Part shown: one piece after another, positions 55,969 to 64,000 of the stretch
How the letters are laid out: each line of letters opens with the position of its first letter
Position numbering within the stretch: the first letter of the stretch is position 1
Source of the DNA: the human T2T-CHM13v2.0 reference genome, Homo sapiens
Reading direction: 5' to 3' (one strand)
Assembly: GCF_009914755.1 (NCBI RefSeq)
Contig: NC_060926.1
Length of the DNA: 64,000 nucleotides
Position numbers and translations under genes: made by a program
Notes under the pieces: generated by a model
Seen by the model: only the letters and a program-made list of their open reading frames with translations
What the model was told of the DNA's origin: nothing
The model's database searches: none

Positions 55969-56339
55969 TATCCCCAACCCCACCTCTGCTTCTTCCCTGC
56001 TTTGCCTTGATTCTATCAGTGATTGTGTTCCAGTTACCTCTTCTGTTAGATGGCCTTTCACCCACGGCCCCAAGCTCTCTATAAACTCTAGCAAGAAGTT
56101 TCATTCTTTTTTCCTTTTCACATCTAGGAGGCACAGTAGCTTCTCATTACTGTTATTCCCAAGATGCTTTCCTTCCATCATTGGCTTTTTTAACCCTACC
56201 CACACCTCTGTTAGTAGATCCATTATTAAATGATCCTTAGTTAAATTCCTGGCGCACCATCAATTTCCTGCTAGGGCCCTGACTGGCACTGCATTGGAGG
56301 CCATTGTAAACGTGTTTTTATCTTGAGTTAGATGTGAAG

Positions 56340-56450
56340 ACTTGAGAATATTTTGAGCTCTGCGACTAATTATATGTGTGACTTTGAACAAGTCATATAG
56401 CTCTCTCTGTTTCAATGTATTCATCTGTAAATAAGATAATTGCACACTTG
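56340..56450 (+). mobile_element. MIR
   Basis: 'gctctgcgactaattatatgtgtgactttgaacaagtca...ctctctgtttcaatgtattcatctgtaaa'. Confidence 0.7.
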
Positions 56451-56645
56451 AATCATTTCAAAGGTCCTCAGTATTTTGAAAAGTATTCAGTGTGTTAGTC
56501 ATTTTTACATTGGTTATTTCAGTTCTTTATTAACTGGGTGAGTCAAGGATGTTTTCTTTTCTTACATCACAGAATACTTTTATGCCAAGCAATTCTTAAA
56601 AATTCATTCCCTGTAGATTATTTTTTACTCTCTTTTAAATGCACT

Positions 56646-56756
56646 TCTCTCTCTCTCTCTCTCTCTCTCTATGTATATATATATAGATAGATAGATATAG
56701 ATATACACATGTATACATATAGATATAGATATATACATATATAGATGGATAGATAT
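56646..56756. repeat. compound (CT)n-(TA)n-(GATA/GATATA)n microsatellite
   Basis: Directly visible. Confidence 0.9.
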
Positions 56757-57934
56757 CATTGTAGGTAAACTTCCTTTGTTTCAATGATTTTAATTTTTAT
56801 ATTTTAGAACTGGATATTTGCTACCATTTTTTAAAGAAAACATTTCAGTTGTATAGAGGTACCAAGATTTTTCTCTAGCACGGTAGATTAGATATTGCAT
56901 GAGCAACAATCTCAGACTTTAAAATGATCATATTTACTTACCTACTTTTAATACATAAAATATTTACTACAAAACAAAAAGACAAAGAAGAGATTCTGAA
57001 TATGCTCTCACAAATCTATTTTGTTTTATGTGTATTAAACATTTGTAAAGTATTCATTGTTTACCAGCTAGTCATTTTTCAGCAATTGGAAATAAGTGTT
57101 TAATTTTAAATGTCTTTTTTCTACAATTTTGTTTGGTAAAAAACAGCCAGTTGGATACTGTCATTTATTACTCTATATGTTCACTCTTTACTTGGCTTGA
57201 GAAATTGTGAGTACATAAAGTAAAGCAACTTTTCGAAGAAAATGTATTATTCCTCCAAACCTTAACTTAGTATTAGCATAACTTACTATATTACAAGTTA
57301 CTTTTTACTTTTGAATTTTTAGTCTTTGATATTTCTGTGATTGATCTAGAAAGCAAAAGTCCTTAAAAATCATACTCAATCCACTGCCATTCCCTGCCTT
57401 CTTAACATTTTAATATATGTTTATTTGAACATCAATAGTATCATTGCAAAGAAAGAAAAAATAATCCACAGCAGATCACATTATGCCTAGAATATGTTAA
57501 TGGCAGGGGAATGGAAGAATAGCAGCCACTATTTTCCTATAATGGTAGGAAGGTTTTAGGGGCTAATTCAAAAAAATTTTAATGTGGATGAATCATGGCA
57601 TTTCTATCACTAATATGTTGAGCCTCTTATTGCCTCATTGTTGAATCTTGAACTATTTCTCTAATCTAGAACTTAATGGCCCACAAACATTAAGATCATG
57701 AGAATTTTACACATACCTTGTATCATCATCAATATAAATGTAGATCATTCCACAAGGGCAGGGGCCATCTACTGTAAGATGTTCACTACATAAACTAATC
57801 TCAGTAGTGCTTATTTTCTTATCTTTTGTCCTGTAAGATTGTATGTACTTTGAAGGCAGAGATAATTTCATACTGACTGTTGAATACTTAACAAAATCAT
57901 TTCACCTATTATTGAAATCAATAATTATGAAGAT

Positions 57935-58045
57935 ATTTCTCCCTTCAAAGAATAAGAAAATAAGGTCCAAGAAATCAGATAACCTTTCTAAGTCTCACAA
58001 GTAATTAGTAGCATAGCAGACTCTAGGTCTCCTGACTTACAGACT
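57935..58045 (-). mobile_element. MIR relic (overlaps left arm of inverted repeat)
   Basis: 'aagaaaataaggtccaaga...taacctttctaagtctcaca..taattagtagca...taggtctcctgact'. Confidence 0.55.
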
Positions 58046-58519
58046 GATTTATTCCTTGGCTCTCTTTTTACTTTCCTGAAACTTCTCTATGAACTTCCTA
58101 CATCCTTTCTCTTGCCTTGAATCCACTTCAATTAATAACTAATGAATATATATATGTGTGTGTATATATAAAATATAATTCTAATAACTGATGAATATAT
58201 GTATATACACACATACATATGCAATAAACATATGTGTATATATTTATTATATATATGTATATACACATATAATGTATGTATATACACATATAATATATGT
58301 ATATACATATATAATATATGTATGAATATATATAATGTATGTATATTCATATGTATATGTATATACTTATAATGAATATATGTGTATACACACATATATA
58401 TATTTATTATTTATTAGGTAGAATGTAGGAAGTTTATAGACAAGTTCCAAGAAAGTGACAGAGGCAAGGAATAAATCAGTCTATAAGTCAGGAGACCTGG
58501 AGTCAGCTATGCAACTAAT
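58004..58519. repeat. Long inverted repeat (arms 58004-58106 and 58420-58519) around a TA/CA-rich spacer
   Basis: Manual alignment of the left arm to the reverse complement of the right arm: ~100 bp, about 12 mismatches plus one 3-bp gap. Confidence 0.95.
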
Positions 58520-59279
58520 ACATACATATATATATACATACATACACACATAAACACACACACACGTACTTTTTAACTTCAGTAGCAATTTCTAGAAATC
58601 TCAACGAAAAATTTTGCCAAAAGTTTTTTCCACTTCTACTACCATTGTCAGGAGAAAACAGTCACAGGCCTTTATGTTCTTGTTCAATCCTTGTCTGAAG
58701 GAAATATTGGACTTGTAATGCTGCACATATGTTATGTAAATTATCGTAGCACTTTGTATTGCTTTGACCTTTATAACACCCTATAATTTGATTGGCTGAC
58801 TAGTCAAGTTGATAGTGTTTACAGTCTTGCCCTTACTTGGATGGACATGATAAGATATTCCAATCTAGCCAATCAAAAAATAGAATATCAAAAAGGTCAG
58901 AGTAGTATAATGTTTTTTTAAACTACAGTCTTCTCTTTCCTGGTCAAATATATGCATTCTCATAAGAAAATAGAGAAGTCATGTGAAACGCAACATATCT
59001 GAGAATAAAAAATGTAATGAATATTTTATTTGATTACATTGATGTCAACTTTCCTGTTTTTAAAATTGATTGTCCTAGGAGAACTGCTTAGATTTTTACC
59101 AAGGCTGTGTTGTCACAGATTGTGTTTTACTTTTCTTTGAATCTCTAGAACCTATAGTAATATCATAATACAGTGCTTAGTATATATTGATTAAATAAAT
59201 AAATTTGAATATCAAAACTGTCTCACTCTCTTCCCCTTTCCTGTATAAGGTAACACATAAGCAGAAGTTTACCTTCTTC

Positions 59280-59990
59280 TGGGTGTCCTTGGTAGCCTTA
59301 TCTCTTTCTTTCTGAAGTTCCTCAAGGCTCAATGCCAGGCCCTCTTCTCACCATATTGTTTTTCCTGGGGAATTTTATTGAACATAGTTCAATTATCATT
59401 CATAAGCTGATGACTTTCAAATGTGCATTTCTATTACTCTCACCTGAGTTCTTGATTCTTATATCTTATTGCCTATTTTAAATTTTCAATTGAGTCCCAG
59501 AAGGAACTCAATTTTATTATGTACAAAAACAAACTCAAACTTGTTTTCCTCCAAGTGTCCTTATCTCAGTCAATGGCACCATCATCTAGGGGTTATCCTT
59601 GACACTGTCCTTACTCCTGCACAACATATTACTAAGAACAGTAGCTTTTACCTCTTTAATATCTTCTTAATGTATTTACCTTTATTTTTCATCACTGGGA
59701 CTTTCCTAGTCAAAGGTGCCATCATCTCTTACCTTGGCCATTAGGTACTCACCTGTTGTTCTGCCTGCCATCACTTTCATAGAGAATCCAGAGTTGCAAT
59801 TTAAAAATAAATTATTGACAATGCCATTACCTCTCCCATTTTCTTCCTCTTTAATATTCCATTTTTCTTAGTTTACAGATAAAATCTCTTATATTGTCTA
59901 TAGGACTAATATCTGTGACACCTGAAGACACACTCTCTCTCCCCCTCTATGCTGCAACTACGCATTCTGGTTCTTATAATGTTCTCTCTT
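59280..59990 (+). mobile_element. L2 LINE fragment
   Basis: 'ttcctcaaggctc...ggccctcttctc', 'gctgatgactttcaaat', 'atctcagtcaatggcacc', 'gccatcatctctt'. Confidence 0.75.
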
Positions 59991-60589
59991 GCTACAGGGG
60001 CTTTTGCTTCTGTATCTTAGTCTGGCTAAAGTCTTTTTTTCTAGTTATGAATGGAACTAAGAACAGATATTTTTGTCCACTAAATAAGTGGATATTTAAC
60101 ACCTTTGAAAAGACAGGAAAACAATGGGCAGACGTGTTCCTGGAGAATATAGACTCATCAACCGGGAAGAAAGCAAAAACAAGGATAATATGTTTCCCAG
60201 TCTTCTCTGAATCCACTGGGAAATATCAGAGAAAACCTTTAATCCAAGCAAAGAGTAAAATTATTCCAGGCAGATATGGGACATACTTTTGCAGTTAAAT
60301 GTATGTTCTATAATAATTATTGTATGATAAATCTGGTCATCAGCAAAGAACAGAAATAAAAGTCAGAATATCAATCCATCTATGTCTGTGCCCTTGGCTT
60401 CAGGACAAGGCTGATTTGACTTTCACTCTGCAACTCTCCTTCTTCCTAAGTCAGGTGGATTAGAGAAGAAGTGAGTTTATCTAACTTTTTTGTCTTCCTC
60501 AATGTCTGTCAAATATTTAGTATTTGTAATTCCTAGACTTTTAAATTTTTCCATTCTTACACATAATGTTTTACTCATTTATTAATTTA

Positions 60590-60900
60590 TAGTTCATTTG
60601 TTTATGCATATGCTTAAAAGAATTTTATTGAGATGTTGTGCTAGAAACAGGGATATGCAAGACAAACAATAGCAAAGTTCCTAACTTCACGAAGCTCAGA
60701 GTCCAATAGAGAAGAGAGATTTAATAAAACAAGCAGACAAAGAAAGTAAATGTTGTAACTTTTGGCAAAATGCAATTGAGAAAAGTATCTCAGTGTCATG
60801 AAGGGATCTAACAAAGGATCCTAGTTGACTAAAGAATGCTTCCTGGAGGAAGTGATATTGGGACTGAGATCTGACTGATGAGTAGGAGTTAGCTAGTATA
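60590..60900 (-). mobile_element. L2 3' fragment
   Basis: 'tgtgctagaaacaggg', 'gcttcctggaggaagtgatattgggactgagatctgactgatgagtaggagttagc'. Confidence 0.7.
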
Positions 60901-60902
60901 AA

Positions 60903-61330
60903 CCTGATCATGTATGTCACTCCACTGCCTGAAATACTCCAGAAGCTTCCCCCTTCTTAAAGTGAAATTCAAACTCCTGACCACGGTCTTAAAGGCCTTT
61001 TCTGGAAATTCTCCCTTTCAGACTTTCATATACTGTGCTTCCCTTTGTCATTCCATTGTTAGCTTAAATTTTACCTTCACAAATTCCAGTCTAAAGAAAC
61101 AGAGCTTTGCCCAACTAATTTTAATGTTTTTTTACAAATCTTATTTTTCTCTGAAATTGCATATTTGTAGTTGTGGTTGTTGTTGTTGATCACCTGCCTC
61201 TCTCAGTAGAATATAAACTCCGTAAGAGAATAATCCTTCTGTCTTTTGTTCCTCCCTATATCTAAATCACCTCATGCGGCACTGTCACATAGAAGAAGCT
61301 TACTAAATACTTCTTCAATTAATGAATACT
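60903..61330 (+). mobile_element. L2 3' fragment
   Basis: 'tgtcactccactgcctgaaa', 'ttcaaactcctgacca', 'tagaatataaactcc', 'cacatagaagaagctt..taaatactt...aatgaat'. Confidence 0.65.
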
Positions 61331-62709
61331 GTTTAGATTAGGAGAATCCCTAAGTGAATTATAGCACCTTTTCGAATCAGTGTGGCCTTTTGCTTTGGAA
61401 CTTTGTTAAATTTAATTTTCAAACTTTGGATTTCATCTTAATTTGAATGCGAAACTAAACACACCAAAGTGACTAATTAAATAAAAAGAAAGTATATATT
61501 TAGTATAACCAAGACAATATAGGTAATGCATTACTTTTCCTTACTCCTATAGCCTTCTTAACCATGAAAGAATAGCTATAGATATAAGTGAATTGAATTC
61601 CATTCACATTTTAAATTTCATTCTCAAAGTACCAAGGGTAAGGTCAAACTTGATTTTCTGGAAATATTTGCCTTTTTTTTTGTCCCTTAGTCAAGCCAGA
61701 GTCATCTGGCATCCTTACAAGGACCTTTCCTGCTTCTGTGGGTTATAAACTATGTGTGGGACAGACCAGGAATTATTTACTCAGGCGTTGGTATATTGTT
61801 TGATGAAACAGTCAGCAGAATGGTCAAAGGAGAAACAATTTAGGGGTTAAATGAGAAGTAAGTTGTATTTTTTCCCCGCTTTTTTCCTATAGGCTCAATG
61901 TAAAAACTGCGGTTTTCTCTGCTTGGGAAAAACATAATAAATTACTAAGTTTCTTGTTTTCAGCAACAGTAGAGGATATGTCTAAAAACCTAGGCAATGT
62001 GTTTTAATGAAAAACCACCAGTTTTAATGCGAAATATGAATGAGACAAACAAATCAAATGAAGTTAACCAAACAATATTTACCAACTAATATCGTACAGT
62101 TACCTTAACGACAAAGAAATTGGACATTTGGGGATTTGTGGTTAAAACCCAAAACGACCTACCATAATCAAACAAGTTCTGTAAAATTCCACAGTTCATC
62201 ATAAAATTCATGGAAAGTCTGTTTCATCTACCAGAAAATTTCCTTCTTCACTCTCACATAACTAATTCTCCCAATCTATGAGTAAGATTATGCTTCAGGG
62301 AAATGTAATCCTTAATTGCTAGCCTAAGTCATTGGTAGTTTGAGAGGTACTGATTTAGCTGTTGCTAGAAAATTGAATAGCAGAATGTTGGAAGTGGAAG
62401 AAAATTAGAGACTATGGGCCCACCCTTTGGTATTAGAGAGGGTGTGTGACGGTTCAACAAAATGTCTTGTAGTTTATTAGCAACTAACTCAGATTCTGCT
62501 TGAATTCTCATGTCTTGCCACAGCATCTAGTCAACTTCTCATTAGCTGGATGCTGCTTGGGCCACTACTTGTTACTGCATTGCTGCTCAATAGAATTTCA
62601 TTTCTATGTGGTTTGTTTAATAACCACACAACATAGAATCATCTAAATGTACCATCAGGTAAAGCTTATTGTAAAGTCATGACAGATTTCAAGAGATAGG
62701 GGCTCACAT

Positions 62710-62824
62710 CATCATTATTATTATTATCATTATTATTAGAGTCAGGGTCTCCCTCTGCCACACAGGCTGGAGTGCAGTGACATTATCTTGGCTCAATGCC
62801 GCCTCGACCTCCCAGGCCCAAACT
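62710..62824 (-). mobile_element. 5'-truncated AluJ with (att)n tail
   Basis: 'cagggtctc...caggctggagtgcagtg...gcctcgacctccc'; 13-bp TSD taggggctcacat / taggagctcatat. Confidence 0.85.
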
Positions 62825-64000
62825 ATTAGGAGCTCATATTAAATAATCATTGGAACACCTTTCAGCTCTCTCTAATAAGAAGCTGGATGATATGAGAACT
62901 ATGTTAAGATCGTATGTAATTTTTTAAAATCACAAAAGTGAATGGGCTTTGGAAAATAAATAAAATAGTAAAGTCTCTCTACTCCTGAAGATTTTAAGTA
63001 CTGTGCTTATACTCTTGCTAGAAAACCATGAAAACTTTCTCCATTATCATCATTCTATTCTGATCAGCCCGGTAGTCAACATTGTCAATGGTGTGCACTA
63101 TAATTGAAGGGGAAAAAAAGAAATTATTTCTGACTTATCTCATTTCAAATGCACGCTTGCATGATGATGTATTACACAAAGCCATTATCACAATTAAGTT
63201 AAAGCAAAGCTTGTGACCACCTAAAATGTTTGATTTTTCTCTTAACAAAAATAATAAAGAGATTTAGTCCAAAATAAGGAAATCAACTGTATAAAAAGAG
63301 ATAAAGCATGATTTTACAGGAAGAAGGATTTCAATGTAGAAAATTCCTTTGTCAATATATTTTAAAAATTCTACTTTGGACCCACTATCACATATTCAAT
63401 ATTTTAGCAAGAAGGGAATTTCCTCCCTCCCCTCCACTGTGTATATTTCCTCTCTCCCCTCCTCTTCTGTATATTTGGTATACAGATACCAGATCCTTGC
63501 TTTATAACCCATGGAAACCTACCCAAAGATCAGAGGCATATGAGATTAAAATCTGGGGCATAATCTTCTAAACAGTATGTGTTGGGTCTTTTTGGAAATT
63601 TATTGGTCAAAACATTTTTTGTAAAATGGAAAGAAGATTTTAGTAGAGGAGAAACATTTCTATCAAGAGAACCTAAACAGTAGTTTCCTCAGATTTTCAT
63701 GCCACTCCCCCAACACGTGATTCTTCTCTAAATCCCTGGCTGAGCAAGGAACCATTTTAATTAGACTCTGAGGCAAGCAACATTGTGTCCATGGTAACAG
63801 GTATAAAAAGAACTTAAAAAAAAAGAAAAAAATAAGAAAAAAATGTGATAACTGAAAATGTGTTTAAATCATGATAAAAGGATTTAAACAGATGTTATTT
63901 TTTTCAAAGTGTTATTTTAAAAAAGAATTTTAAAGGGCTCTTGATATGAGAAAAAATCATTTTTGGATGTATCTTTAGGGAAGGTTTCTCACTCCTAAAT

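Noticed and set aside
55261-56233. Long ORFs of 277, 194 and 173 aa (FLSF/ERKK repeats)
   Set aside because: They are translations of the stop-free (GAAA)n microsatellite, not real CDS
59894-60298. 134-aa ORF
   Set aside because: TTG start, begins within an L2 relic, no recognisable domain or splice support
60590-61330. Head-to-head L2 fragments as a deliberate inverted structure
   Set aside because: Both are highly diverged L2 3' ends with no visible arm-to-arm identity beyond family similarity

Overview
AT-rich, CpG-depleted primate (very probably human) intronic or intergenic DNA. I can recognise no cellular protein-coding gene, CpG island, tRNA, rRNA or CRISPR array. Much of the window is interspersed repeat: nine Alus, a young L1PA ORF2 fragment (the only clearly protein-like ORFs, RT domain with FADD), an L1MB 3' end, many L2 and MIR relics, an internally deleted two-LTR ERV-L (LTR16/HERV16-type) provirus, THE1, MLT1 and ERV1 solo LTRs, and hAT/Tc-mariner MITEs (MER5, MER20, MER58B, Tigger2, MADE1). 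Most other short ORFs are repeat-derived or chance. I found no evidence for a new multi-gene system. The most notable items are structural: a ~520-bp fold-back inverted duplication (58.0-58.5 kb), an L1 fragment truncated at both ends that looks chimeric (young/old), an AluS/AluY chimera with intact TSDs, a 244-bp all-AT palindromic minisatellite, a long polypurine tract, and a few candidate exons and enhancer motifs. Repeat family calls come from recalled consensus sequences rather than a database search, and boundaries of old repeats are approximate.
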